Positions 1-11,842 of a stretch of 61,283 nucleotides of DNA are shown here, one piece after another. Each line of letters opens with the position of its first letter. The stretch's first letter is position 1. A model generated the notes under the pieces. That model did not search any database and had not been told where the DNA came from. It saw nothing but the letters and a program-made list of their open reading frames with translations. The translations under genes and the position numbers were made by a program. The DNA is taken from assembly GCF_001194135.2 (NCBI RefSeq), contig NC_069001.1, positions 1,751,817 to 1,813,099 of the forward strand. The letters are read 5' to 3'. The stretch comes from Octopus bimaculoides (lineage: Eukaryota).

Positions 1-220
1 ATTTCAAATAAAAAAAGCACAGCAAATATGTATCAAAATTAAAATTTAATAGAAAAAAATCAATTAGAATCTTTAACGAGTTTTAAATTGATTGGAAGAA
101 ATGAATTAGAATTTGTAGATGTTTAAAAAAAAAAAAAAAAAGATTTTTCTGATTATGTTTAAATGACTTTTTTTTCTTTTTTAGAAAAAAATAACTTCTG
201 CTGAATGACTGTAAAACCAT

Positions 221-320
221 TCAGTTTAGCATATTTTTGGCTGTCACCCATTTCTTAATCATTTCTTCTTCTTTGGCTCGGACTTCAATCACACTGGCTG
301 AATCGTTCGGATGAGGTCCT
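221..320 (-). CDS. DPP7: DPP7 exon 12 with stop codon
   Basis: RGPHPNDSASVIEVRAKEEEMIKKWVTAKNMLN*. The 12 exons sum to 1461 nt = 486 aa + stop. Confidence 0.9.
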
Positions 321-515
321 CTGAAAAGATAATACATACATTTTACTTTACCTCTGTCAAATGCAATCGCTATTTATTCATGTTGTTTTGTGCCAATTTG
401 GACAGGTTATGACCAGTTCAAATATTAAAGGGCTAAAGTTAATTTACTAAGGCATTTTTAAATGAGATTTCCATAGTTAAAACGAAAAGAGATTATAATG
501 TGAAGTGCCACCTAC

Positions 516-586
516 CTGAGGTCAAAATGATGCGCTCCACCTTTAACCATGAAGGCCACTACTGAAGGTGAAACAGATTTCAAAAC
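516..586 (-). CDS. DPP7: DPP7 exon 11 (catalytic His)
   Basis: VLKSVSPSVVAFMVKGGAHHFDL(R); 71 nt, phase 0 to 2. Confidence 0.92.
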
Positions 587-1269
587 CTGAAATGTTATAT
601 AGAGAAGATGTTTAAGTAAAATTCTAAGAACAAAAGGAAACAAAGCATAACATGGTGGGAAGAAAAAGAAAGTCGTATTAAGATTTCGAGCAAAACATTT
701 AATATCTTTTTATTTGTGATAGGATATGGACTTACAAACTAGTCAACTAAAACAGAAGCAACATCACCAGTTCCCTCTGTGAGCTTCAGAGATGTTTGGA
801 ATACAAAAGAGGACCTTTGTTTGAAAATAATGAGAGGGTTAGCGATAGGAAGGGCTGGCAAATTCGTTTACTCTTTCCAAGCAAACCAACAAATGAAATC
901 TGTATATCAGTCATTGACACACTGCAGTCTGTGGGACTTTCTTCATGGTACACCGAACGAAGGATTACCTTCAATTGGCTCCCATGATGATCAGACATAG
1001 AACAGGAAAAGCTTGACGCTGTCTGTTCTATGCCTTCACTTGACCTGCTAAAAAGAGTAGCCGAAATCTCTCAACGCATACATTAACTACCTTTAAAAGA
1101 AAGAAAAAAAAGGTGGTGGAAGGACAGATTGGATAATGTAGTTGGGAAGCAGTTTCTGCTAGCAACTTGTACTCGTTCACGAATGACAGCCAACAAAAGA
1201 AGACGTTAGGATGCTGTGTTTACCAACCAATTCAATTTATAAAAATTCGTAAATCTTAGCTGAGCGCTA

Positions 1270-1900
1270 AATCTAGGCAAGGGAGGTAAATCATCTTGAC
1301 CCTGTCCATATCGCCAAACCAACGCCATTTATGGGTCTGTAACTGCGATATTTTCGGACATGTATTCAAAGCGTATGTATGTTCTAGTTTTAAGTTTTCT
1401 CTTGGAATTTTTTTTTCATCTTTTTATATGGGTTCCTTGTAGGTTGTTGGGGACAATGAAGTTCCTAAATCCATCTGCAGCAATTCTAGACTTTCAGCGT
1501 CTCATCGGCATGTATAAATAACTGCTGCTTATATCGTAGACAGATGTGATTTGTGTAGACCTTTTCCTTGGAATCTGAAATTTGATCACATCCAGTCCAT
1601 TTGATATTGCATGGAAAGAGATTATAAGTTCGTAGTGGGGAGAAGATTATCCTAAAGAATTCCAGTTAAGGGAGGTAACTCTTCCTGACTCCGTGACCAA
1701 AATTCAGTTTAAAAAACAAAATTTGCCTTTAATACTAACTTCATATTCAAGTGACAATAAGGAAAATGTTTCGTAAGTTCATATCCTATCACAAATAGTG
1801 CTGTCCTCACTAAAATGTAAGAGCCATGACAATTGCATATCAGGTGAAGCAATGTTAAAAGAAAAAAAAATGTTTAATCGTCTTTATGCAAAATACGTTA
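1270..1900 (-). mobile_element. Degenerate RTE-like LINE C-terminal remnants (two tandem pieces) in DPP7 intron 10
   Basis: Minus-strand translations HKWRWFGDMDRVK and FGHGVRKSYLP resemble the RTE LRWFGHVxRM motif; many stops. Confidence 0.45.
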
Positions 1901-2096
1901 ATCAAACACCAAACGGAAATTATAGTCTTCATTGGCTTTCGTCCTTTGGTTTTCGTTTTTTATATACAAAGCATGCATAACGTTCACATTTATGTAAATA
2001 CATATATAGTGTGGCTGTTCAGCCGCTGTATGCGTTTTAATGTCCACTTTTCCATTAAGATTTTTTTAACCATAACATAAGGAAACATGTACTTAC

Positions 2097-2161
2097 CCCA
2101 CCACGGTGCCAAGGATCCAGATCGCCATTTGAGAAAACGATATTACTGGTTGTGGTCAAGT
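2097..2161 (-). CDS. DPP7: DPP7 exon 10 (catalytic Asp)
   Basis: DLTTTSNIVFSNGDLDPWHRGG. tttcag/gtaagt; 65 nt. Confidence 0.93.
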
Positions 2162-3337
2162 CTGAAATAATATAGTGTATGTATGTATATATATATTTAT
2201 TTATTAGGTTGGAAAGGAAGTCCTGTCGCATTTTTGACAATAACTTTGAGGCTAGTCTTTCAATACCTATCATAAAATAAACATTTTTACATTCTAATGT
2301 GATTTGGTTTTCTTCCTTAGCCATATTGATTAAATTCGTATCAATTTTATCCTATAAAAATGAGTTGGGATCAGACCCATATCAGACAATGTATGCTGTA
2401 TGAATGAATTCTGAAGGGAGTTCTTCAGCAACAGAAAGAAGAAATATTGGTTCTGTCAACGAAAGTGAAGCTTTATATTGCTTCAAAACTTGAAGAACCT
2501 TATGCCTGAGGGATCAACAATTTGCCAAGTAGATTCGGTTATGTTTTCAATAATAAAGATTTATTTATTATCTTGATTAAAATATGTTAAAACCAAACAA
2601 GCATTTGTTTTTTTCCTCATCTTGAAATACAACAAAAGTTTCTTTTCAATCTAATGATGTTATACTACAGTTTCGACCAACGGCCTACCCACACACATTA
2701 TTATGTTTTAATTATTGTTTTGTTGTTCAATCAATAGGATGACAGAATTGGTAGAGCACTGGAAGAAAATGCTTCATGGTATTTCTTCAAGTTTTTTATA
2801 TCCCATTGAAATGAATTTTGTTTTGCACCTCTCAAGGATTGATAAAATAAAGTACCAGTCAAGTACTGGGGTCGCTGGTACAGACTTGGCTCCTGCTTTC
2901 AAAACTGCTGGATTTGTACTTGTATTTGAAACCATTATTGCAAAGGCAGCAAACTAGAAAATGCTTGGCAGCATTTCTTCCAGCTTTGAGTTTAGATATG
3001 ACTGAGACCAACTTTGCCATCCGTCCTTTTAGGGATGAGAAAATAAATACCAGCTGAGCATTGGGGTTGACATAATTGGCTTCCCCAGGGACCCCAGAAT
3101 TTCAGGCCTTGTGCCCAAAGCAGAAAAGGACTGTCATTATTTCGTTTTAGAGATTAATGATGCTATGAATGTAAAACTGGAGTGTTTCTATTTTCTGGAG
3201 GAATGAACAGTGAAATACACTAACGAGCCACTGGTCAGTGTGAAGCTGTTTGCCTAAAATGCCACACAGTGGGACTGAACCCAAAACCACACAACCATAC
3301 CATACACAAAAACCTTAAAAAGGAATCAGCTACTCAC

Positions 3338-3485
3338 CTTGACCCCAGTATTCCCAGTCGTATGTGGGGACAGTGTTCCAGACCTTTTGGCAATAGTATT
3401 TCCTAATTTTATCATTGAAGGGTAGAACAGGAAACATATCGGTGACGTTGTTTGTACCTGTTGGTGGGGCCAGATCCCCACAGAG
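3338..3485 (-). CDS. DPP7: DPP7 exon 9
   Basis: LCGDLAPPTGTNNVTDMFPVLPFNDKIRKYYCQKVWNTVPTYDWEYWGQ. NNVTDMFP is conserved; 148 nt. Confidence 0.88.
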
Positions 3486-3795
3486 CTTTTGAGAAAAGAA
3501 AACGAGAAATAAAAGATTTTAAACAAATAGTGATGGGGGGGGGGGGGTAGTAGTTTAGCCTCAGACTCAACCTTGCCGAAGAGGAACTCTAATCAGTGTT
3601 GGTGTGTTAACGTCCCTGTAACTTAGCAGTTTGGCAAAAAGAGACTGATAGAATAAGTAGCTGGTTTAAAAAAGAAAATAAGTCCTGGGGTCAATTCATT
3701 CAGCTACAATTTCTTCAAGGTAATGCTCCAGCAAGGCCACAGTCTAATGGCTGAAACAAGTAAAAAGTAATCAAGATGAAGGAGTGGACACTCAC

Positions 3796-3917
3796 CTGAA
3801 AATCCCAGGCAAGAGCCGCAGGACCAACGCCACATCCAGTCGGATCTGCACAGGGAATGAATGCTTTGTCAACATCAAAGCATTGGGATGGTTTCGAGGA
3901 AGCATTGTAAAACATGA
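3796..3917 (-). CDS. DPP7: DPP7 exon 8 (DPP7-type CADPTGCG loop)
   Basis: LMFYNASSKPSQCFDVDKAFIPCADPTGCGVGPAALAWDFQ. The CADPTGCG loop is present in DPP7 and absent from PRCP; 122 nt. Confidence 0.93.
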
Positions 3918-4223
3918 CTGAAATGAAAGAAAAGGGTAAAAGGCCATCAGTTTTGAGGGGAGGGGCTGTAGTTGATGCAATCAATTCCAGGTACATGTCT
4001 AGGACTTAATTTTGACCTCTAAAAGGATGGAAAGTAAAGCTGACTTCAGCAGGATTTGAACCCAGAACATAAAAAACCAGAAATGATAACAGCACTTCCG
4101 AGGGGAAATGGTTTAGTCTACTCAATACCATTGATCCCCAGTACATGTCTGGTATTGGGTTGGTGCATAATTATTGCAGCTTTTTTTTTTTCAACAAAAG
4201 CAATAACTCAAAACCAAACTTAC

Positions 4224-4284
4224 GTGTGACATCAACCAATCCTTTCAAGACATCACTGGATTCTTGCATCATTTGGCAAGATTT
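4224..4284 (-). CDS. DPP7: DPP7 exon 7
   Basis: KSCQMMQESSDVLKGLVDVT. tttcag/gtaagt; 61 nt keeps the frame between exons 6 and 8. Confidence 0.85.
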
Positions 4285-4552
4285 CTGAAAAGCAAAAAGC
4301 ACGGAAATGAAGACTTGAAGAAAATCACAACAGTAAAATTCTTACAAAAAGATATTTCTGTGTGTGTAAGTATATATGTTTTTTAACCCTAAGTCATTCT
4401 TCAATGCAAAAGGACTGAACCTAAGACCATATAATTAGGACACAAACTTCTTGCCCACACAACCATGCCTCTATTTCTATAGATTAAAAAAAAAAAATAA
4501 AACAAAAATATTCCATAAAATAACAAAAGATGGTGAAAAGAGAGAAACTCAC

Positions 4553-4713
4553 ATTGACTGGGTTTCCGATTGGAAGCATAGGTGTTGCATAGGGATAATC
4601 GAACATTGCCATATTGGTGAAGGCATTTCTTATTGCCCCCAGAAGACGTGTATATGTTTCTAGATCGGATATGGGCTTGCACAATTTAAAATATTCTTCC
4701 AGAGTCTTCTTTC
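4553..4713 (-). CDS. DPP7: DPP7 exon 6
   Basis: GKKTLEEYFKLCKPISDLETYTRLLGAIRNAFTNMAMFDYPYATPMLPIGNPVN; 161 nt. Confidence 0.92.
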
Positions 4714-4772
4714 CTGAAACATTGAGAAATAAAAGAGACATTTCAAGATGAGGGGTTTTCGGCTTTTGTTTA

Positions 4773-5230
4773 TTGGGCCTCACCGAGGCGATGACTACGG
4801 ACCGAGACCTTTGGAAATGGGCTGTGCGTGAGAAGACCCGGCAAGCCAAGTAAGATCGTTGCCAGTGCCCCTGGACTGGTTCTTGTGCGGGTGGCACATG
4901 AGATGCACCATTTTGAGCGTGGCCGTTGCCAGTACCGCCTGACTGGCTCCTGTAGGATTTTCGAGCGAGATCGTTGCCAGTGCCCCTGGACTGGCTTGTG
5001 CGGGTGGCACATAAAAGACACCATTTCGAGCGTGGCCGTTTTCGTGCGGGTGACACGTAAAAGCACCCACTACACTCTCTGAGTGGTTGGCGTTAGGAAG
5101 GGCATCCAGCTGTAGAAACTCTGCCAAATCAGACTGGAGCCTGGTGTTGCCATCCGGTTTCACCAGTCCTCAGTCAAATCGTCCAACCCATGCTAGCATG
5201 GAAAGCGGACGTTAAACGATGATGATGATG
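4773..5230 (+). mobile_element. 5'-truncated RTE-type LINE 3' end with (GAT)n tail, relatively young (CpG-rich)
   Basis: LGLTEAMTTDRDLWKWAVREKTRQAK* followed by a 3' UTR with internal repeats and a ggacgttaaacgatgatgatg tail. The same tail recurs at 5562-5668, 22190-22500, 30323-30745, 46930-47003, 51128-51200 and 55300-55625. Confidence 0.7.
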
Positions 5231-5388
5231 TGTGAGTGAGTGCGTATATATACACACATAAACTCAGGATCCTCACCACATTGTTACTTTACAATTTAAC
5301 AAGCTGGAGCAATGGCAACGTTGGTGGGTGGGGGGTGTTATTTAGATAACCATATGACATTGATAACTTGTACTTCTTCCTTTCTTAC

Positions 5389-5464
5389 CTGTCTCTCCTT
5401 GATCCATCAACTGATTCATCTTGATGAATGCCTGTCTCACCTGAGGTTCACAGCTGGAAAAATC
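5389..5464 (-). CDS. DPP7: DPP7 exon 5
   Basis: DFSSCEPQVRQAFIKMNQLMDQGET aligns with DPP7 [20 protein letters not shown]. cag/gtaag boundaries; 76 nt, phase 0 to 1. Confidence 0.85.
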
Positions 5465-5681
5465 CTGGATGAAACAAACAACAAAAAAAAAGTCATCAAT
5501 GGAAAATGAAAATATTTTAGTTGATTAATAGCTTATTTCTAATAAAATAAATATGTAAACACATCATCATCATTCATTGTCGTTTAACATCCGTTTTCCA
5601 TGCTGGCATGGGTTGGACGGTTTGACTGAGGTCTGGAGAGCCAGTGGCTGCACCAAGCCCCAATCTGATCTGGCTGCATAC

Positions 5682-5727
<46 letters not shown>

Positions 5728-6014
5728 ATACATACATGGATGTGTGTATTTTCCCCTTGTTTACAATTAACATGGAGAAAATAAATAAACAGTTACCAGG
5801 GCAGCAAAAAAAATCACACAAGTAATAAGGACGTGACATCCTGTTTGTAAAGGTAGAAACTCCGGGTTGATGTGAAATATTTTGAAGGTTTAGTTAATTA
5901 CACCAACCCCAGTACAAGACTGGTACTTTATTTTACTAACCTAGAAAGGATGAAAGGCAAAGAAGTTGACGCCTGGCAGAAGTGGAACTCAGAAATAACA
6001 ATAGAAGCAATTAC

Positions 6015-6150
6015 CTTGGAAACATCGGTAAAAAAGAAGCTGTGGTCGAATTTTGGATCAAAGAGATAAATCGGTGCACTGGCAGCAATACCACCATCAC
6101 AGACATGTGGATATTTCATTCGGAGATAGGCAGTTAGCATTCCTCCATAA
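6015..6150 (-). CDS. DPP7: DPP7 exon 4 (catalytic Ser, GGSYGG, split by intron 3)
   Basis: (S)YGGMLTAYLRMKYPHVCDGGIAASAPIYLFDPKFDHSFFFTDVSK. 136 nt, phase 2 to 0. Confidence 0.93.
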
Positions 6151-6890
6151 CTGCAACGGAATGGAAACAGATTATTATTAACATCAGTTTTACAATAGAA
6201 GCAGCAACAGAAGCAAGATGGCAGGAGACATGTGCAATGCTTAAAAAAAAACCATTGGAAGGTAGATCTTTGTTGTCCTTCCGTGCTTACACAGAACCGA
6301 CAGGATGCCTGCCAAACAGTTGAACGCCGCCGCCGTCTCCCTTTGCCATTACAATTGCTGCATTACAATTGGCTGGCTGTGAACTGGATGAGAGAGGAAG
6401 GTGGTGTGTGTGTGTGCAGTGAAGGAATCTGGTGCAAAAGAATAGACATACAAAGGGGAATGGAAGGGGTTTTTTTCTTCTTTTTTATCTGTGTGAGATG
6501 TATGTCTGACATGTTTAATTGTGTCAATGTTGAAAGTGGGACCTTTATTGTTGTTGAAGTTGCTGGACTGTGGTTGAGGTAGTAGAGAAGAAGAAGGAAA
6601 GAAGGAGAAGAAGAAGAAAGGAGGCAAAAGAATGAGAAAGAAAAAGAACGGAACAAGAAAGAAAAGAGCTTCTACACAATTTCCTTCTTCTGTATCCACT
6701 GACAAGGCTTTGGTCAGCCCAGGGCTATAATAAAAGACTCTTAACCCATGTGCCACACAGTGAGGTTGAACCTGACACCACTGGTTGTAAAGCAAGCTTC
6801 TTAACCACTCGGCCATGGTATCACCTATATTGAAAAAAAACTGTTTAAAATATGAAACGAGAAGGATATCAGAGTGAATTATATCCTCAC

Positions 6891-7057
6891 CTGCCACCAA
6901 ATGATATAACAGGAGACTTCTGGGCACCCAACATGATCTTCAGGGTATTTATCAGATGTGCAAAGTCTGCAAGGGCTTGTCGAACGGTTAGAAAACCGAT
7001 ATAGGGCTGCTTGAAGCTTTTGTCAGGACCGAATGGAAGCGATTTACCATAATATCT
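6891..7057 (-). CDS. DPP7: DPP7 exon 3
   Basis: RYYGKSLPFGPDKSFKQPYIGFLTVRQALADFAHLINTLKIMLGAQKSPVISFGG(S). tttcag acceptor, gtgagg donor; 167 nt. Confidence 0.93.
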
Positions 7058-7402
7058 CTGAAAGATTTTTGGAAGGAAAAGAAAAACGAAAAGATATTCT
7101 TAGTTAATTGGCAAAATTAATTAAGGAATCAACAATAAATTTGTTTCTTCTTGGACAATAGAAAAAGGTACAAACCATAAACATTTTTCTACTGGATCTA
7201 ATGTCAATCTTTTTTAGGCCAAAATGTAGGGATCAGTCCTCTTCAGAAATGTTAATAGTTTTCAATCTGGTTCCAAACTGAATTAGCGACAAAGCTCTAA
7301 AAGATGCTGCGTGTGAGTAAACTGCAGCCTTAAGAATATTATTCAACTACTACCGTAGTTGAATCATAGAAAGGATGAAAGCGAAACAACAAAATTACTT
7401 AC

Positions 7403-7545
7403 ATGTTCCCCAAAAACGACCAGAGCACCGAATTTGGGAGCAAGGTTAAACATGAGCCCTGTAACTTCCCAAAATTGATCAATGGGGCCTTCATTTCCAG
7501 TATAAAAAAATATGGGGCCATTGTTTTTACGGTCCCACCATTTAT
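7403..7545 (-). CDS. DPP7: DPP7 exon 2
   Basis: DKWWDRKNNGPIFFYTGNEG...GALVVFGEH. AG/GT boundaries; 143 nt, phase 1 to 0. Confidence 0.93.
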
Positions 7546-8207
7546 CTGCAATTAAAAACAAGTCCACTTAGAATACAATCAGACACAGGTCCAGACATGC
7601 ACACACTCACAAATATACATACATGCAGACACACACATGCAAATATGTGTGTGTGTGTGTGTGTCTGTATACATAATCAGTCTGGAGGCAGGTGGGGGTG
7701 GAGTTATTTGTCATATAAAACAGTCTATGTCAAGGGCTGTTAAACTTGATAATAGAGGACAGACAGAAGTTGAGATCTGAGATAAGCTCTGTAGTTAAGA
7801 GCTGATAAACCATGGGAAGAAAACTTCTAGAAGTTTATTGACATCTCTTAGATTAGAGAAGTCCACTTAATGAAGATGATAATTAAAAAAAAAAAAACTG
7901 AAGATTTCTTTCCTTTGAGATAATCTATCTGTTGTGTTTGCTAGATCTAGATTAAAGGTTAGTCTTTGCCAATGTCTGTGATTTTGCTTAGATTTCTTTT
8001 TAAAGACATTTCTTATCAGTTCACTACACAGAAGAAAAGGCATGAATACCACAACACAGGCAATCTTTAGTTATTTGTCTTCAAATTGCTTCAGAGAAGA
8101 AAGGTGTGACATTGAAACATCTTAAAGCACTCATGGGACGAAGGTTCTGTGGTGAAGAATTGGGCTCCTGTCTCCATCAAAATATAAAAATTATAATTTT
8201 TGATGCA

Positions 8208-8652
8208 GAGGTGGTTATGCGAGAAGAGGTTTGCTTCCCAACAACATGGTTTTGGGTTCAGTCTCACTGTGTGGAACCTTGGACAAATGTCTTCTGCTAT
8301 AGCCCCAAGCCAGCCAAAGCCTTGTGAGTGGATTTGGTAGATGGAAACTGAAAGAAGCTAAATCATATATGTATGTATATATGTATTAATGTGTGTAAGT
8401 GTTGCTGTCTCCTCGCCTTGACACTGTGTGACATGTGTAAATGGGTGTCACTATCATACAAGTAGTATCTTTCATTTCCAATCTTTTGTGAAAAACATGT
8501 CTGGTCATAGGAAAATATTTCCTTAGTTGGAAACAGGTGAGGGTTAGCAACAGGGAGAGCATCCAGTTGTAGGAAATCTACCTCAACAAATTTTATTCGA
8601 CCCATGCAATCATGGAAAAGTGGGCAACGGAACAATGATGATGATGATGATG
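8208..8652 (+). mobile_element. tRNA-derived SINE with RTE-like 3' tail
   Basis: Head with B-box-like gggttcagtctc, a (TA/TG)n spacer, then gcatccagttgtag...catggaaaagtgg...(GAT)n tail. Confidence 0.7.
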
Positions 8653-9589
8653 ATAAGCTGATGAAACTCCCAGCAAGAGATGCATTAACTACAGAACCTA
8701 CCTTAAAATGGCATCGATCAAGTCACATGTCTTTACCATTTTCATAGTCAACCAAGTTAAAATACAACATTTTTATTTTTTCAGAGATTACACATATCAA
8801 CAGCTATCCAACCACAAGATCAGCAGATCAAATCCTGCCCTGCCAGTAGAGAAATTTTGAAGAGTCCAAGTAGCCCTAAGTGCATATGACAAAATGGACT
8901 GATTGATCTCCCTAGGAATCAATAAGACTGAAACAGTTGAGCTAAAATAAGTCATGGAAAGTGGAGACAATTGGTGTTAGACCATCACCTGGGAGGAGGG
9001 GGGGGTCACAGTTCTTTTTTTGTCTTGTCCCCAGCACTATATTGCATCTATATCCAAGATAGTCTGTCAGTTCATATATCACAACCACCACAATTACCAC
9101 TACTACCACCACCACCACGACCATCACCACTATCCGACAACCACCATAATCCCCAAGCCAAAGCATACACAACCTGAATGATCAGAGATAATCAATCACT
9201 GATAGTTATCATTAACAGCAAATCAATAAGGAGACAGTTAAGGGCAATCATTTGACCGTTTCATAGTTTCACTTGCATGTTCAGGTCGTGTTCACAGGTA
9301 CATGCGCACATGTCTAACATGTGCCAAACGACAAGTGGTTAACAGCTTATCAGATTAGGACGGGGGGGNNNNNNNNNNNNNNGGGGGGGGGGGGAGTTAC
9401 GCAGGGAGACACAGGTATGGCTGCGGTTAAGAATATTTATCTCTTCACCATGTGGTCTCCAGTTCAGTTCCACTTTGTGACACCTTGGGCAAGTGCCTTC
9501 TGCTATAGCCTTAAACAAACCCAAAACCTTGTGAGTGAATTTGGTAGATGGAAACTGAAAAAAGCCTGTCATACAATATATGCCACCCT

Positions 9590-9785
9590 GCTGGCTAAGC
9601 AGGGTGGGTGGCTGGCTGGCAGGCCAATATCTGCCCTGAACGGGATGCCAGGCTGTCACACAATTATCCATTTACAGATGAGCAGACTGAAGCAACATGA
9701 AATGAAGGATTTTGCTCAAGAAGATAATGCAACATCTGGTCTGAGAATTGAAACCACAATCTTGCAATCTTGGCCATAAACCTTC
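9590..9785 (-). mobile_element. CORE-like SINE nested inside another SINE (9420-10035)
   Basis: tccatttacagatgagcagactgaagcaacatgaaatgaaggattttgctcaag resembles the reverse-strand MIR/CORE consensus (cccatttacagatgaggaaactgaggc...cttgcccaag). Confidence 0.55.
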
Positions 9786-10317
9786 TCAGATGTGTGTGTG
9801 TGTGTGTGTGTGTACCTTTGCCTTGATGTCATGTGATGGGTGAAAAATGAGCATCCTTGACATACAAACAAGGTTATTAATTTCCATTTACCCAGGGAAA
9901 ACATGTCTGGCCTCAGGGAAATATTACCTTGCTTGGAAACAGGTGAGGCTTGGCGACACGAAGGGCATCAGGCCATAGAATATTTTCCTCAAACAAAGCA
10001 TGGAAAAAAATGGATATAAAATAATGTTGATGATGCTCTACTAATTCTACAAACGATTTCTTTCTTAAATATCTAGTAACGGTTTCTGATTTAGGCACAA
10101 GGCCAGCAATGTTGAAGGGAGGGAGTTAGTATCACTGATTCCAGTATTTCACTGGAATCTTATTTTAATCACTCTGAAAGTTATAAAAAGGTAAAATTGA
10201 CCTTGATGCAATTTGAACCCAGAACATAAAGAAGCAAAAGAAAGATTTCAAAACATTTTATCTGATACCAAAGATTCTACCAGCTTGCTGCCTTTTCAAA
10301 TACCAAATATATGAATA

Positions 10318-10522
10318 CAGTAATCCCTCGCCACATCACGATTTATTACTTAAGATTACGCCGATTCCTTTGTGGTGTTGTTTTGCATTTATAATAAAAT
10401 AAATATATACAAATTATAAAAATAATAAAACAAAAATATACAGTACTGTTTCTACTTCGCAAACTTTCACCTATTGTGAGGGGTTTTGAAACGTAACCCC
10501 CGCGGCCGTCGAGGGGCTACTG
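10318..10522. mobile_element. Tigger/pogo-type MITE
   Basis: TIRs cagtaatccctcg / cgaggggctactg (11 of 13 match), flanked by TA at both ends. Confidence 0.8.
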
Positions 10523-11631
10523 TACTGTATTTGATAGCAAACAAAATACACTTTTATGTATTCTGCCTCAACTCCTTGCACCTTCAGAGACTTCGTCACC
10601 ACAGTTGCCATGATAATGCTATTGGTGGCATTACAGTGTGTCTTGGTTGTTTGTAATAGTTTTGTTGTTGACATTGCTGACAACAAAGCATCTGCTTCCT
10701 TGGCACCTTCAAAGATGTGCCAAATAAAAGATTTGGAGAATAGAGTAGGTAGCAAAGGAAGGGGTACGAGTTAATTAATCCTGTACAACACAGTCGGAAA
10801 TTATCTAGTTTGTCAAAAGTTGTAATTTCTTCGGATTTATGTTTTAAACATCGGTGAGAACGATTATACAAAAGTAAATTTAGTGATTTTTTTTTGTTTT
10901 AATGAGTTTCCTGGCAAAATCCTGAACAGAAGAATTAAAATAACATAAATGTATTAACTTTCTGACAAGAATTTTTTTTTTTCGGGGTATATCGAAGCAC
11001 CACAAAGATCAATCACAAAAAAATAAATGGCATGATGGGACTTGACCATTAAACTTTATAACATTAATGTTTGTTTCTCATAAAACGGTGTATATCTAAT
11101 TTACATTATATTATTATTTACGATAATTTAAGTAAAACGTAAATTCTTTTCCTTTTAATGTTTTTTGGCTGGTATTTAAATTTCGCTTTACAATATGTTC
11201 GTCAATTCGCTACGATCTCTTTAAAGTAAACGAAATAAAAACTTATCTGAATTGGGGTGGAGGGGAGTGAAATTTTTCTTAAAAATTACTTTTTTTTGCA
11301 TATTCGTAATCTCCGACACCTAAAACGTAGGAATTCGCAAAAAGTTTTTTTTTAAATGCATTTTTCAAGGAGAGGTGCGAAAATGCAATTAGCTCGGCAT
11401 CTGGTCTTTACGTTCCGAGTTCCGTTAACGTATCGAAAATTTTCGGCTTGATAAAAATTAATTAAGCAGCAGTCTGTTTAATTTACTGTTAATTAACTGT
11501 TTCTATAAGGCATCTTTGGTTAAGGTCGATAAAAACGAAATACGAATTGTTGCTTAGTGTTAACCTCCACCCGAAAAACTATGACATTTTAAACATTTTC
11601 TCTGGAAGACAAATGATAAATAAAAACTTAC

Positions 11632-11842
11632 CCTGAACTAAATATCTTTGAAAGAAAGTCTTGTTCCCTGTCTTGATTAAATTGAAATGGTCCACGTACT
11701 GCTCCATATACTTCTCGGTAAAAGGAACCGACTGTCGGATATCATGACCATTATTACCGTCAGCACCGGAACCGATCGGACCATTTACTATTAAAAGCAG
11801 AGACCCCCATATCAAACCCGTAATTCGCCAGCTGAATGCCAT
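11632..11842 (-). CDS. DPP7: Dipeptidyl peptidase 2 (S28 family) exon 1 of 12: signal peptide + N-terminus
   Basis: MAFSWRITGLIWGSLLLIVNG...YVDHFNLIKTGNKTFFQRYLVQ resembles DPP7 [20 protein letters not shown]. GT donor at 11631-11630, phase 1 (211 nt). Confidence 0.9.

Noticed and set aside
4484-5056. 190-aa ORF apparently extending DPP7 exon 6
   Set aside because: The upstream part is antisense RTE 3' UTR. The true exon starts at the AG at 4715-4714.
4845-5080. Repeat-spacer-like pattern (agatcgttgccagtgcccctggactgg x2, gtgcgggtggcaca-like x3), also near 22190-22300 and 30480-30750
   Set aside because: Irregular internal duplications of a retroelement 3' UTR in a eukaryote. There is no regular period and no cas genes, so not CRISPR.
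6349-6927. 192-aa ORF MPRSLLLYH..., duplicated at 40989
   Set aside because: It is an off-frame read of DPP7 exon 3 running into intron 3 and a SINE. The duplication is real, but this protein is not supported.
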